The position numbers were made by a program, and so were the translations under genes. From NCBI RefSeq assembly GCF_964204645.1, contig NC_134026.1:21858150-21922149 (forward strand): a DNA stretch of 64,000 bases, read 5' to 3'. The number at the start of each line of letters is the position of its first letter. Within the stretch, counting starts at the first letter, position 1. The DNA comes from Tubulanus polymorphus. Lineage: Eukaryota > Animalia > Nemertea. A model generated the notes under the pieces. That model had not been told where the DNA came from, ran no database searches, and saw nothing but the letters and a program-made list of their open reading frames with translations. Positions 1-12,637 of this stretch are shown here, one piece after another.

Positions 1-243
1 ATTTTGTGCAGAATATATACATTTTCATCGTACATCGAATCCTGCCGTGAGATGAAAATCACAGAATAGTTACATCAGCGCAACTTAGGGATAAGGAATT
101 TTTATTCTTGATGAGATGTTTTATTTTGTATCATTTTGCACAATACAATAGACTAGGTTGATGGAAGGATTGGTGCGCCAAGCCTTTTAAGATAATATGC
201 ATTATTTCTGATTTTGTTTTGTTACTTTTGTGAATTGTTTCAG

Positions 244-1490
244 GCGAGACCTATCACTCCACTACGCCCACATCCAGAGCGGATGCCAGGTATGTGTCGA
301 ATTTGATAATTTACACCAAGGCCTTGCGGAAAATCTACTGAGTGAGTTTCTGTAGGCTACCTCAATATCAAACTTGTTTTCAAAAAACTTATATTTCGCA
401 GAGCTGAAACATTCTGGACATACTTTAGAACCATTGTTGGCCACTGAACGAAAAATTGCGACACCAATGAAGAGGGCTAAGTGGCACCTTGGTAAGTGTA
501 AACATATGAAATGGCATCACTAAATCCTATCTCTGTGTCATATAGGTCTGTATGATAAGCGGTTTGTTTTGTAGGAATCCGATCGCAAAGTAAACCCCAC
601 GATATTATGCATGAAGTATTTAGGGCGATGAAAACGCTGGATTATGTGAGTTTAGTGTTTGCTATTAGTTATTAGGTGAATAGCTGATTAGCTCATCAGG
701 TGAATGAGTGACTCATTCACTTGATGAAGCTTCTATACATTACATTAGTAGCGATAGCTCATGTGTCAAATAAATAGTTAACCTATATAGTACTACTCGT
801 CTCGTTATTTATTCTAAACCCGGATTACACGGCTACTCTACGAATCTTGGGTTAACGTGATTGTGATATTTATATTCCAAATTTTTTATAAAACTGAATT
901 ATTTGTTTTTGTATACATGTATTGATTTCAGTAAAAGTAAGATACGCGGGCTGTTTATATTTTTAGCAATGGAAAATTATCAACTCTTTTCATGTCCGTG
1001 TCCGGCGTATAAACCCAATAACAAATGGAGAGGTAACTGTCGATGTCTGCTGCGATGTAAAATTTAATTCTTGCGACTGGATATTTATTCGGATGTCAAA
1101 TTTTCAGGTTAAGATGGCATTGCAACTTTATCAAGTCGATCCTAAGAGTTACTTGTTAGACTTCAAAAGTTTGACCAGTGAAAATCAAGAAGGTATAAAA
1201 CTTCTTCCATTGATCTAATACTTCTTAGCTACCATGGTATCAATTTTAAGATGATTGCTACCATAGAATCACTACTTTGATGTCAAAAATTGAAAAGCCT
1301 AGGCCTACCCGAAATATACAGCCTTACCGTTTATATTGTATTTAATTGTGTTTCAGATTCAGAAGCAATTGAAGATTCTGGTATGTCATCGTCGGTGAAT
1401 CGGAGTTTGTGCGCGCCGACAAAGCAGGGTCATCAGACCTTAGAATTCTTTGAAATGTGTGCTAACCTCATCACAACACTGGCTCGTTAA
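244..1490 (+). CDS. PRKAA: AMP-activated protein kinase catalytic alpha subunit, 3' part (exons 244-289, 402-491, 575-645, 967-1032, 1108-1192, 1357-1490)
   Basis: GT-AG exons splice in frame to RPHPERMP...[45 protein letters not shown]...VKMALQLYQVDPKSYLLDFKSL...GHQTLEFFEMCANLITTLAR*, the AMPK-alpha C-terminal domain and nuclear export helix. The kinase domain lies upstream of the window. Confidence 0.96.
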
Positions 1491-2558
1491 AACAAAACAT
1501 GAAAATATTGCTTCAGTGTTGCCTGGTTAATATATATTATGTATATGTAGCTTTATAACTGTGCTAGGTTTGGAATTCTCACCACATCACGTGCTACATG
1601 TACAAGGCTTTTTTTATTAAGTGCGGTTGGCAAACACTCATTTTGCCTATTTGGGGCTCAATTGTAAAAAGCATATGTCCTTCCTACCTTCTGTCCGCCG
1701 TATTATTGTCGATCATGGAGTAAGTATAATGTTTGATTTTTATGATGAAAACTGTCTCAATAATTAACGTTAATTTATGAGTTCTGTATTTTCCGTTCAG
1801 AAAATTGTCTTCGAAAAAAATTTGCTAAGTTTAACTGAAAACAGATCTATTTATTCAATATTTATTGAGAAACTTTATAGAATTGTAAATAGGATATATA
1901 TAGTAAATATCTGTTGGAGCACAGGACCTAAACGATTGCTTTATGCCTCTTTTTGATGATTACACCTGTAATTTAAGGATGATGTACAGTGTACAGTGTA
2001 CAAGTTCACTGCTTGTGGGGAAAGTGAATTCCGGTGCAATCCTAGTGCCAGTATTCTTGTGTAAATATATTTTCGGATTCAATGTATCATCTTTGATTGA
2101 TACTTTTACGTACATGTTATGCTATTAGTTTGTAATTTTTCATGAGCGTTGTTTTGCAGATTTGCGTCGGGCTATCATGATTTTGAAAGACCTATGTACC
2201 AGAAACTATACTAAGTGTGCTTTATTCTTACGAAATGGTGACCCAATACAGAATAACTGCTACTGTGATGATAAAATTAATCTAGATTATGCAACACCCA
2301 CTCTGCATACATAACTGCATCATGCCTAGATTAGCCAGAAGTCTGTGTTTAACTGGTGGCTTTCTTACCGCGTTGTTGGGTTGTTTGGTTTTGTACATCA
2401 GTGAAGCCTGTTCTATATGTACAGAGGTTGTAAATTTGTGCTTTTAATTATATACTGTGTAGTTATTATCGATATTTTATAGTACTCTGAAAAATTCTGT
2501 AAGCTTGTTGTGTATTGTTGTAGCGTATATACTGGCAGTTGTACATGTACAATGGTGT

Positions 2559-2590
2559 AAATAAAATTTGAATCTGTAACAGCGAATAAA
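2559..2590 (+). terminator. Probable polyadenylation signals of the AMPK-alpha gene
   Basis: Two AATAAA hexamers (about 2559 and 2585) followed by a T-rich tract, ~1.1 kb after the stop codon. Confidence 0.55.
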
Positions 2591-2980
2591 CTTGTTCTTT
2601 TTTTTAATGAGGAAAATGAATATGGTATCGTACATATAACATGTAGTAGATGGAAAATTGATTTTCAGAGGAAAAATGAACTAATCTGAATCTAATTTGA
2701 AGACTAAAACCCACAATCAAGGAAAAAACGTAGGAGGATTTCAACGGATTCAACTCTTCAACTCATAAATGCTAACGAAAAGCCGTTTTTGAATGCTCTA
2801 GTCTTAGATTGCGCTGGTCTTTATTCTTCAAATTAGAGGATGTTCAAATTTTTTAATGAATTATTCCAGATAAGGAAGATCAAGATTGAATATTATCTAA
2901 TGGAAAGGGTGCCACGATTCGAACCCCGGCCCTAACCCGCACTGTTGGAATCACGTAAGGTGCTGCCGCCTGCCTTCATA

Positions 2981-3013
2981 CATTCCCTTTCCGGTAGAAA
3001 CTAATCCAAAATG
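2981..3013 (+). promoter_or_regulatory. 5' TOP/TCT-like pyrimidine start and ATG-only first coding exon of RPL37
   Basis: CATTCCCTTTCCGG lies ~25 nt before ATG|GTGGGT. A polypyrimidine initiator and an ATG-only first exon are typical of ribosomal protein genes. Confidence 0.7.
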
Positions 3014-6000
3014 GTGGGTACAAACTGTTCGTTTTATTTTCTAAATCTGTCAACATCTATCTACTCCGTCGTCAATGAGTTTTAGTAGTGGTTTGATTAA
3101 ATAAATTTATTCATGCGGATTTGAAAAATATTTGTCAAGCTATTCTTAGAATCGATAAATATGTATTTTCTTGTCATGTAAATAAAGCTGTGAACGTGTG
3201 GCTTAAAACCTGTGTAAAATGTCGATCTTCGTAAATTTTCTTACTTATTTATGATACCTGTCGTGTTCTTTTTCCTCAGACGAAGGGTACTTCGAGTTTT
3301 GGAAAGCGTCATAATAAGACGCACACATTATGCAGAAGATGTGGCCGCAGTAGTTACCACATCCAGAAGAAGAAATGCGCCCAATGTGGTTATCCCGCTG
3401 CGAAATTGAGACACTGTAAGTTACCAAATCATCTGAGTTCCTAGCAGTTTGTAAATGATGTTATTGCCAGAGAGATTATCCTGCTGCAGTAGGTCATTTT
3501 GGTTAAAGTGCAGATCCGCACCTCTCGTGATTGACGCGATCTGCTGAATGACAGAATCCAGGCTAAAATCTTTCTACTCTCTCTAGTGAAGATATCTTAA
3601 AATTAGCCAATGGCAATGTACTGAATTGCTGATGACATTTTGAATCTAAAACAATGATATTTCATGTAATTGATTGCACCGTTTACGCGGAGAGGTGCGG
3701 ATCTGCACTTTTACCGGTCATTTTCGCACCGCGTGATACTACTGTCCGTCACACATGTTCTCCGTCCAACATTTCGATCCGTAATTTTGTTGATAATCAG
3801 TTGATCTGAGTATATAATGCATCGTTGTGATCAGTAAGGATTTGGTATTCAGATATCAATTTTTTAATTCACGTGAACTTGTTTTTGTTTTAATTTATCA
3901 GCGATAGTGAATCGAGAATACGCGGTGCGTAAACGCTGAAAAACAACTTCCGCGGTCTGTAATAGGGCGCCACTTACTGTGTTTAGTTATGCTAACGAAA
4001 ATGTTAAGATCTGATGTCGTAGCAATGTCTTCGAGCGTCGGTGGAGCAATTTTTTCAGTATACCCGAGCGTACGCCAGATATAACCCCAAATTCGTTGTA
4101 ACGCCATGTTTTCGAAAACATTGGCATTATGAATAAAGGGCTTTTAAAGAACCATTAGGGAGGCCTAAACAGCTGTTGCTTGAGTGTCCTACTTAATACT
4201 TGCCATCCTCACACAACTAAGTTATATAAACACATAGTGGGAAAATGACCGCGACTGCGGCCAAACCTTTACATTTCTTTACTTGACTGTTATTTCAGAA
4301 GAAGTAAAGAAATATTCTGGTGTTCATCATGTTATGATGATTGTTATTTTTACTTGCAGATAACTGGAGTGAAAAAGGAAAGAGGAGAAAGACCACTGGT
4401 ACTGGACGTATGAGACATATGAAACGTGTATTCAGACGATTCAGGTATTATTAGAATATCATACACCATTAGTCAAGAATATCATACCGCACGTACAGTC
4501 TACCCCTGATATACTGCTTACCGCCAGGTTTTCTCATTGTACATCGCTAAAAATGCCCAGTAAAACACCCCCGATATACCGCCATACTCTCTGTACCACC
4601 AAACTCGTTCTGCACCGATGTGGGTGGTATATCGGGGGTTAACTGTTGTCAAATTGTTGAAATTGGCTTCTGTATTGTGTAGTAAATGGTATAGAAATAC
4701 TTAAACCTGGTGCCGCGATTCATATTGTGATTGTATGGGTTAGGCATTGGGTGGAACCCCTGATTATAAAACAAACTCAAATATAAATAACGTTCTATTG
4801 GTTATTTCGATCAGATTTTCTGGCGCCCTGAGGTTTGTTGTTATCAAATGATTATCGATTAAACTGAGAATCTAGACATCCAGCTCGGTCGTCAACATAC
4901 CTACTCCTTAGCAGGCAGGGATCTTAGCTTTCTGTTCTAGCGAGCAATGAAAGGTTCCTAATCAGCCAAGGTAGATTAAATCTCTGCCATTGTTAAAATC
5001 CCAGCCTTTCTTATTCATTGAAAGAGCTGATTCATGCCTTTGGTACAAATTTGACGTAGTAGCCAATCCTGTTATTTGTTTAAACGTGAAGTCTTGTTTA
5101 CTAGGGTACCTTCGACTTCTTCTTAACAGCAACTGCTTTGAAAGGTGCTTGAAACTACTTTATTTTGTGCAAAATGTCAGAAACTCCTTTAAATTGAAAC
5201 TCAAGAAATACATAAATGATTAGAAATTTGTCCAGTTAAGTTTGTAGTTGTATAGAAGACAACACCCATTAAGATACAACTGGGACAAGCATTTACCCAT
5301 TAAGGCAGTAAGAAAATTATAAACCGAGTTTAGGTGGGGTTAAATATTGCTTACAAACCACCAAACCAGATAAACAGTACTGATTTAGGTCAGGAGGAGT
5401 CTATGGTAATTGGGATATGAAAGTTATGTAGACACTTTCTTTTTGAAAACTCCTTATATCCAGGAATGACATATCTGTAGGAACCCTGTTTACTTAAGTG
5501 CATAGCTTACTCCTTAGTGCACTAAGCTCAGTATTTTCCATGGACTGACATTAGAAACAGGAGCAATAGCTGTTTGAAAGATACTATCCCCTTCTCGGCA
5601 GGCAGGGATCTTAGCTTTCTGTTCTAGCGAGCAATGAAAGGTTCCTAATCAGCCGAGGTAGATTAAGATTTATCCATCGTAAAAATCCCAGCCTTTCTTA
5701 TTCTTTGAAAGTGCTGATTCATGCCGTTGGTACAAATTTGATTTTACATGAAACATAAGATACCCCTTTCAGTCAAGAAACCACCCCAGCTGAGCATATC
5801 TAACAATTCAATTGGAATTTTGGATTCCCTGATCTGTAGTGAACCGTATTAATTAATTAAACTATCCAAAACAGAATTAAGATTTTGAATCCAACCTTAG
5901 CAGGCAGGGATCTTAGCTTTCTGTTCTAGCGAGCAATGAAAGGTTCCTAATCAGCCAAGGAAGATTAAAATTTATCCATTGTTAAAATCCCAGCCTTTCT

Positions 6001-6546
6001 TATTCTTTGGAAGTGCTGATTCATGCCGTTGGTACAAATTCTTTGGGCTAGAAAAGAAATTGATACCTTGTTTCTCCTTTCCACCGAGCTTTAAAGGTGG
6101 CCGGCTAATCACCCTGTCTTTACATCATTTTTTTGCCCACTTGGGATAAACCGGACTGAATATAGTGGAACCTTGTTATAAAGAACACGGATAAGACGAT
6201 TCATCGGATATTACAAATACAGAATTTCATCTCCACTATGAAAATATAATCAATTTCACACTGATAATAACGAACTATCCGTTATGACGAACATATTTTC
6301 TGGTCCCGAGAAGTTTGTTGTAACGAGGTTCCACTGCATCTTGTTATTTTGTTATGCCTGTATCTACCCTAGAGACATATCTTCAGTCCAAAAACTTGCC
6401 CATGGAAGGCCTGTATCATCGTGAACGATATATTAAACGCTTTTCTTGGTTTTGTATTTTTCAGAAATGGTTTCAGAGAGGGTACTATTCCTAAACCCAG
6501 AAAGGGAGGTGCAGCATCAACTACAACCGCTGTTAGTCAGAAATAA
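3011..6546 (+). CDS. RPL37: 60S ribosomal protein L37 (eL37); exons 3011-3013, 3280-3415, 4360-4444, 6465-6546
   Basis: Spliced translation [90 protein letters not shown]... with the C2-C2 zinc finger. Splice sites are canonical and AATAAA overlaps the stop. Confidence 0.98.
3501..3715. mobile_element. 215-bp MITE with 9-bp TSD (Mutator-like)
   Basis: 26-bp TIRs GGT(T/A)AAAGTGCAGATCCGCACCTCTC; direct repeat GGTCATTTT at 3492-3500 and 3716-3724. Confidence 0.85.
4494..4647. mobile_element. pogo/Tc1-mariner-like MITE
   Basis: TACAGTCTACCCCTGATATAC ... GTATATCGGGGGTTAACTG termini; related partial copy at ~26583-26673. Confidence 0.65.
4905..5050 (+). ncRNA. H/ACA box snoRNA, SNORA48-like, copy 1
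   Basis: Hairpin, H box AGATTA (4973-4978), hairpin, ACA (5045-5047). The 3' pocket (AATC / TTCATGC) is complementary to the conserved LSU rRNA segment GCAUGAA-U-G-GAUU, 14 nt from ACA. It resembles recalled human SNORA48 (ATCAGCCAGGG; ATCCCAGC...TTCATGCCTTGG). Confidence 0.85.
5592..5737 (+). ncRNA. H/ACA box snoRNA, SNORA48-like, copy 2
   Basis: Near-identical to copy 1 while the flanks are unrelated. The basal stem reads CTCGGC/GCCGAG, a compensatory change relative to copies 1 and 3. H and ACA boxes are intact. Confidence 0.85.
5894..6039 (+). ncRNA. H/ACA box snoRNA, SNORA48-like, copy 3
   Basis: Third copy with AGATTA H box and ACA at 6034-6036. Confidence 0.85.
6161..6338. mobile_element. 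pogo/Tigger-like MITE
   Basis: TATAGTGGAACCTTGTTA...AACGAGGTTCCACTG termini; absent from the paralogous position in the duplicated block (~12520). Confidence 0.75.
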
Positions 6547-7403
6547 AAGTGTTATTTTTCACATAAAATAAATCAGCCATGTATAGTGAAATCTGAAGGG
6601 TTTTTGTTGGTGTTATTTCATATTGCACAAGTATTCGGTTGGTACTTCGCGTTGCTGCTCTTGAAAGGCCCACATCATGTTGAGTGTATCCAATCAGAAA
6701 TCCAGCGAGTAACAACTCGACCAGCAGTTTGAAATACCAAAACTGAATTGCCTTTATTTTACACACAAACTTTATTTACATATTTGGAACAAGAGTGGTT
6801 GAAAAAGGAAGTTCTATCTGAACGCGACCATTAACACAAACTGTCTACGTAAAGACAATTAAAAATCAAGGACGGTATAGAACAGATGAAACTTGTATAA
6901 CAATTATCAATGACTTTGAGCTTTGCTCAATAACAAAATTAGAAATACCGCGATAGAAAATTAATCTTTCAACCAATATTTTCATACAAAAAGAGTTCCG
7001 GCGCTGTTCTAGAGTCTTGGTTCGGGCCCGCAAACAGCCGTTCAAACACTCTGGCAAGCGAGTATATTATGTTAGTTCACATTTTCACCGCCATTGTTAA
7101 ATCTAGGGGCAGCATCAGACGGTCAAGCTGACTTTTTAATCTGGCGGGCCGCCGAATTGTTTCAATCGGCCGATTCCTTAGAGACACTTTGTCCACGCCG
7201 TAAGTGCTTACTTTTGCATAAGCCTAACTACTAAAAACCATGAAAGAGTTTACGGTTATCTGTAATTGTAATAAATGACATCAAAAGTGTGTTTTCTGAA
7301 AGTGGGTAAAGGGGCCGGGTAGGGGAAATAAAGGTGTTCAGATGTTTTATGTAAAACATTGGATTACATAAGCCATACAACTTAAACGTCATAGTTCTAT
7401 GCA

Positions 7404-10287
7404 TTATATTACTGAATCCAGCAACGTTTTCATGCTTTTTTCATAATCGGCCAATATGTCATCGGAGAACCTGTTTTTGTGGTGATTGATGCTCCAATTG
7501 AGCAAACCATCCACCGTAACAAGAAGATGAACAAACAACGCCGGTCCATTGGTATACTCCGACACACTGGGGTAGGTTTTCGCGAATTTGACGATTCGTT
7601 CCGAACTAGGTGGGGTCAATTCGTACCGCCCAAAATTGGAAAAAGCCAATAACCGTTGGTAGGTTCCCGGATTAGAATGGACTCTGTCACAAAATGCTTC
7701 CGGTGTCACAGCTTTCAACGTATCGATCCAACTGAAATACATATCAAACATTCGTCCCGATTTCTTTTGCCTGATCATTTCTGTATCGAATTGTTTGACG
7801 GTTTTCCAAAATAAAGCAATGGACGATCCATCAGAAATTGATATTTTGGTCTTCATCATGATCGGTAAATTTCCCACGACATCGTCCGAAATTTTCGGTA
7901 CTGCGATCCACCGTGTACTTGCCATGTATAATGTCATCAAGTCAATAGCGCAATCTTTATTCGGTATCAGATCTAGTTTCGCTAAAAGATCTCGCATTGC
8001 CAGCGTTCCTACTACCGTACAAAAGCTGTTAACTGTTACGCCCATTTCTTTGCTTTTCTTGAATATCTTTTGGCTCGTTTCTCTCGTCAGGTTCAATGGC
8101 CAAACGCCTGAACACGGCGCATGTCCTGTTTTCAGTTTTTCGACAACAGCCGACGTCAAATTTAACGAAGAAGACCCTTCTCGCAGTTCGTTAATTTTGA
8201 ACGATAGTCTGTTCACGAATCGCCTTAACATCGGTATCTTTATCCTTTCGTTGATAACATCGAATAATGGTGGATACGTCGGTGTGCTAGTGACGTGTAT
8301 AACTTCATTTTTAATTAGTCCTTCGAGATATCCGATGAAGCTTTTGTAAATAGTCATCACTGAATGTCCATCGGCGATAGCATGAGCGAAACAGAAAATG
8401 AAAGGATATCGGTAGGCCCCGTTAGGTTGTTTCGTGGCCTCGAACAGACGTACGCGCCAGTTCGGTTCTCCCTCTTTAAAACTAGTAACTGATTCAGCAT
8501 CAAATGCATCATTCCAATTGCAGCTTCTTTCCTTCAAAAACCGTATTTTCTTTTTCTGCAGGGGGACGAAATACTTCCTCAACGGAATATGATCATGCGC
8601 CGTCTCTTGAAAGATAGTACAGCGCAAAAATGGGTATCGGTCCCACAACAAACTAAGCGCGTCGATTACCAGGGTTTCGGTGAGCGGTTTGGAGCTGTCG
8701 AGGAAAATAACATTGAGGAGTAAGATGTTCGCATACTTGGTATGAGCGTGGCTAAGATACCTTTCAACACAGTCTAGCGGTCGGCCACAGTTACCTAAAA
8801 TATTTGACGTTGAAAATTCAATAAGAAATATTTTACAGTTTTGTTTCTGAATAGTATATATCGTTTAATTGTTGTTAGGAAAGTTAGACCATAAAAAATC
8901 AAAATCATATTTGTTAAAGGGAATAAACGAAAATCACCACTCCAAAATATCCATTTGGGCGCGATCCCGTACATCATCTGGTAGTCAGAGTAACGAAAAA
9001 GTGTTTATCACAATCTCTTGAGAAAGGGGTATAAGTGCCGAGAATATCCAAATCAGGACCCAGTTCCACAGTTGTGAGTTAGAGTTAACTCTGAGTTAAA
9101 ATTAGTTCATTTTCAATGAGTTAACTCAGGGTCAAATTTTAACTCCGAACTGTGGAACTGGACCCTGGGATACATATCGCGGTAGCGCTCTCATATCCAA
9201 ACCGGGAAATATCCGTGTCAGAGCAGCAGTCACAAACTTACCAACTTTATCCAGCTAAGATACTCAATAAACCGCGTATTTATCATAATACATGTAATGT
9301 AATGAAACTTAGATAATAAAGAGATTTTGGGAATTTGAATTCGGGTGAAATTAGACCCTGGATCCAAATAAAATTGTTATCTATACCACGAGAAACTATT
9401 CCTGACCTCTATGTACATGCCAAGTTTCATGATCAAACAATAAATGTTTCTCCTTTATACATGACGACCGGGTGAACACAATGCGTATGTCGACTGAATC
9501 ATAAAAAATCAAGGACCATATTCAATCAGAACCAAGTATAAATGATGTCCCATTCCAGATAAATGTTGGAATTAAGAAACAATAATTGATTATCTATTTA
9601 TTAATCATTAATTTATTATTAATTGATGTTCCCGGGGTTTTCTGTTTTCGATGGATACCAAACTTCAAATGATTCCGAAAATTATGCAACTGCAAACTGT
9701 TTACAAACTTTTCAACTCACATACATTAAGACATCAGAGGCATAATAACATCCGTTACATGCTGTGGTTTATCAGCTGATATCTTGTGAACTAATCAAGA
9801 TAGAACAAAAGTGAAAACAGTCTTCAACAGAGAAAGACATATGATATGGCTTTCAGATGATATACGTTTGGTGGCAGTATTTCAAATAACCAGGAGGGAA
9901 TATTTGTCACTACTTTATACTAAACAATGTACACTGTTACTGCTGTGTTAAATGATGCTCACAGTCATTTCGGTAACATTCCATATACTCCTTCATCCGA
10001 GAAAGTAAGCTCGATCAAAAATAGGGGGAGAGGGCAGGTGGCCCCCATAGGATCCGCACCTGCCGCCCGTGACTGAGAGTTGCAATGCCATCACGGTCGC
10101 CGGAATTCCAGCCGGGGGATGATGGCTTTATGCCGCACCTACTTCTATACAAATACTTACCTAACAGCTGTCTGATGCGTGGTGAGTCACTATTAGTGGC
10201 ATTCTCATTTCTGGAAGATGTGAGCTTTTTAAACAGCGAAAAACACAAAATCGCCGCAGCTAGGACAATCCCTACGAGTTCGGACAT
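7404..10287 (-). CDS. Putative CoA-dependent acyltransferase (condensation-domain / alcohol acetyltransferase-like), copy A; exons 10287-10161 and 8794-7404, 505 aa
   Basis: Exon 1 MSELVGIVLAAAILCFSLFKK (hydrophobic anchor or signal) splices in phase 1 to GNCGRPLDCVER...RYPFLRCTI...WRVRLF...FAHAIADGHS (HxxxDG)...FSNFGR...VTVDGLL. Both exons and splice sites are conserved in the paralog. Confidence 0.85.
9054..9167. mobile_element. ~110-bp palindromic MITE (PIF/Harbinger-like)
   Basis: CAGGACCCAGTTCCACAGTT...AACTGTGGAACTGGACCCTG; a near-identical copy lies at 44678-44792. Confidence 0.8.
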
Positions 10288-10482
10288 GGTTGGATATTTC
10301 TGGGTCTATATTTCCAACAATATTTTCGCACGTTGAGGCAACACGGAAGCGATTTTTTAATTTTTTCACAAGAGCGACACGGCGATTTTTTTCACACTTC
10401 CACCGTCTTGTCTGTAGTGCGCACACTCTGTTTTATCAAAAATATATGTAATTTCTGGTTTTATGCATTGTGTTTGTATTCA

Positions 10483-11400
10483 CACTTGAACTTGAACTTT
10501 AATCGTATTGCTCCATATAATAAATATGTAGGTTACATAGGAAATGAAATGGAATTTCAAGATAAAATATGTGAAATGTAGAACAAAATTTAAGAAACGT
10601 ACAGCAAGAGAAAAACATCAAAGCATCAAAGTGATGAACGGAGGGCAGATAAAGAGTTAACTAGATTACGCACTCGGCTGGCAATTTCATAGTCTCCATT
10701 CTAATAAGAAATAGAAAATAAAAATTTATCAAAACAAAAAAGACTTAAATCCCGCAAAAATACGAGTGTGGACAAAATAGAAACCCTAGCAGGATGAAGC
10801 GAGGGACACATGAGTAAACAGTGGAATTCGTCTTCAACGACTTCATTAGTATGACAGTAAAGGCAAAATCTTTCATTAGCTGGTAACATGGACGACAATG
10901 GCGCCTTGTCTCGATTCTAAGACGGTGGGAACCAAGACGCAGTTTAGAGAATTCGCGTCTTTTAAAGAAAGAGTTCGAAATTATATATTTCTATAGTTCA
11001 AAGTGTTTCGTAAAAGTTTATAGGTTCTTATTTTCGGATTGGAATTAACGTCGTTAACTTGAAGTAGCCACGATGAAGAATATAAATGATGCATTTTAGA
11101 CTGTAACAGCTTGTATTGGGAAAGTTGGAGCCATGATTAGACCAAACACCTAGAAGGTAAAATGATTTTAGAATGGAGAAAATTCCCGAACACCAATTTG
11201 GGAGCGTGTTCATACATTGCAAACAATCAAGATAGGATTTGTAGACTAATGAAGCGGGATTCAATTTACGAAGGCGAAACCAAAATTTAACCATCGGAGG
11301 AATAAATTATATTAGTAAGGGAAACTGGCCTAATCGCCATGAACAGTCGCATTAACGGACCTTTTTTAGTAGATATTTACCAAAGTTTAGATAGAGCGTT
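10483..11400 (-). mobile_element. 5'-truncated degenerate LINE (L2/CR1-group ORF2 3' end)
   Basis: Frameshifted fragments VKFWFRL...SLVYKSY...NWCSGIFSIL and ERFCLYCHTNEVVEDEFHCLLMCP (C-terminal CCHC-type motif); short (GTTCAA)n tail at ~10485-10500; absent from the paralogous block. Confidence 0.75.
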
Positions 11401-11498
11401 TCACAAGGCAGTGGGTTACATGTATAGTAAGTTACCGATTTATTGGTAATCAATAACTGATACTGCTAATTATCGTATTTCTTATTTGTGCACGGGTG

Positions 11499-11725
11499 TA
11501 TGGTGGCTGATAAGTGCCATGAAAATATATCCTGACAAAAATAATTTCGTCATGAAAAATAATTTTCCATTAAAAAATATTCGCGAGTGAAAATTTCGGT
11601 GTGAAAAATAAATCGTCTTCAAAATATATTTTGTGAGTAAAAGTATTTCCATCAGAAATATTTTCCTATGTCTAAAAACATCTTTGCTGTAAAAATTATT
11701 TCGCGTTTTCCCGTTTTCACGCAGC
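11499..11725. mobile_element. Single end of an IS3EU-like element
   Basis: Starts TATGGTGGCTGATAAGTGCCAT, nearly the same terminus as the element at 18967, followed by GAAAAATA-type subterminal repeats. No partner end was found. Confidence 0.5.
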
Positions 11726-12265
11726 AGGTTTGTACCGTCAAGTATGTAGTGTGTATGTAGTGCATTGAACGGGACATCAAGTATAAGATGTTTTAGTTTT
11801 CGATCCTACGGCTACAGGAACTTGTATCCGTTATTTTGGCCCTTTTTTAATGATCTGCGGAGTCCATTACATTGACCAAAAATGGTTGTTCCTAGATGGA
11901 CCAGAGGAATCAAAATCAAGAGCTCTAATTTTGTTTTGACTGTACGAAATTTTCGATATTTTTGGCCCTTATTTGTGTTCACATGGACCCGATGACAGCA
12001 CCACCATCCCACCCTTCCTAACGTTAGGTCACAAGGATTCGTCACGACATTTTCGGAGCAAAGTATATTCGATTTCATAAAATTCTGTTAACTCCGCCGC
12101 CGATCACATAACTATATCTGTACTCCGAATTCCGATTTCAAAATCAAACCCCCTGTTTCGCTCCTGGCAGGTGTGGTGGGTCTGTAACACTCAACTGGAC
12201 ACTCAATCGAAAAATCAAACGAAATTTACCAACCAAATAAATAAATAAATAATAATCCCTATTTT

Positions 12266-12334
12266 ACGATAAAAAATCCCAGCCTCTCTTGTACATGTAC
12301 TTTGGAAGTGCTGATTCATGCCGTTGGTACAAAT
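12266..12334 (+). pseudogene. 3' half of the SNORA48-like snoRNA carried by the duplication
   Basis: AAAATCCCAGCC...GCTGATTCATGCCGTTGGTACA without the 5' hairpin; downstream sequence matches 6040 onward. Confidence 0.75.
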
Positions 12335-12637
12335 TCTTGCTAGGCGAGAAAAAAAATTGATACCTTTTTTCTCCTCTCCGCTAAGCTTTAAAGGTGGCCA
12401 GCTAACCGCCCTGTCTGTACATAAATTTATTTTAGCCCACTTGGGACGTAAGTCCCAACGGGCTATTGCATTCATTTTTCGTCGATCATTCGTTCGTATA
12501 TAGATGAATCCAGACTGAATATCTAGTTATTTTGTAATACATGTATCTACCCTAGACATGTCATCTTCAGTCCAAAAACTCGCCATGGAAGGCCTGTATC
12601 ATCGTGGACGATTTTTTTATTTTTTTGTATTTTTCAG

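Noticed and set aside
2905-2945. tRNA B-box-like GGTTCGAATC on the minus strand
   Set aside because: No cloverleaf or A box is evident; it lies in the RPL37 promoter region.
3430-4350. C/D box snoRNA in RPL37 intron 2 (human RPL37 hosts SNORD72)
   Set aside because: I found no convincing C box/D box pair with a terminal stem outside the MITE.
7795-8349. Conserved 184-aa plus-strand ORF (also 14015-14569)
   Set aside because: It is the antisense shadow of the acyltransferase CDS, and the duplication explains its conservation.
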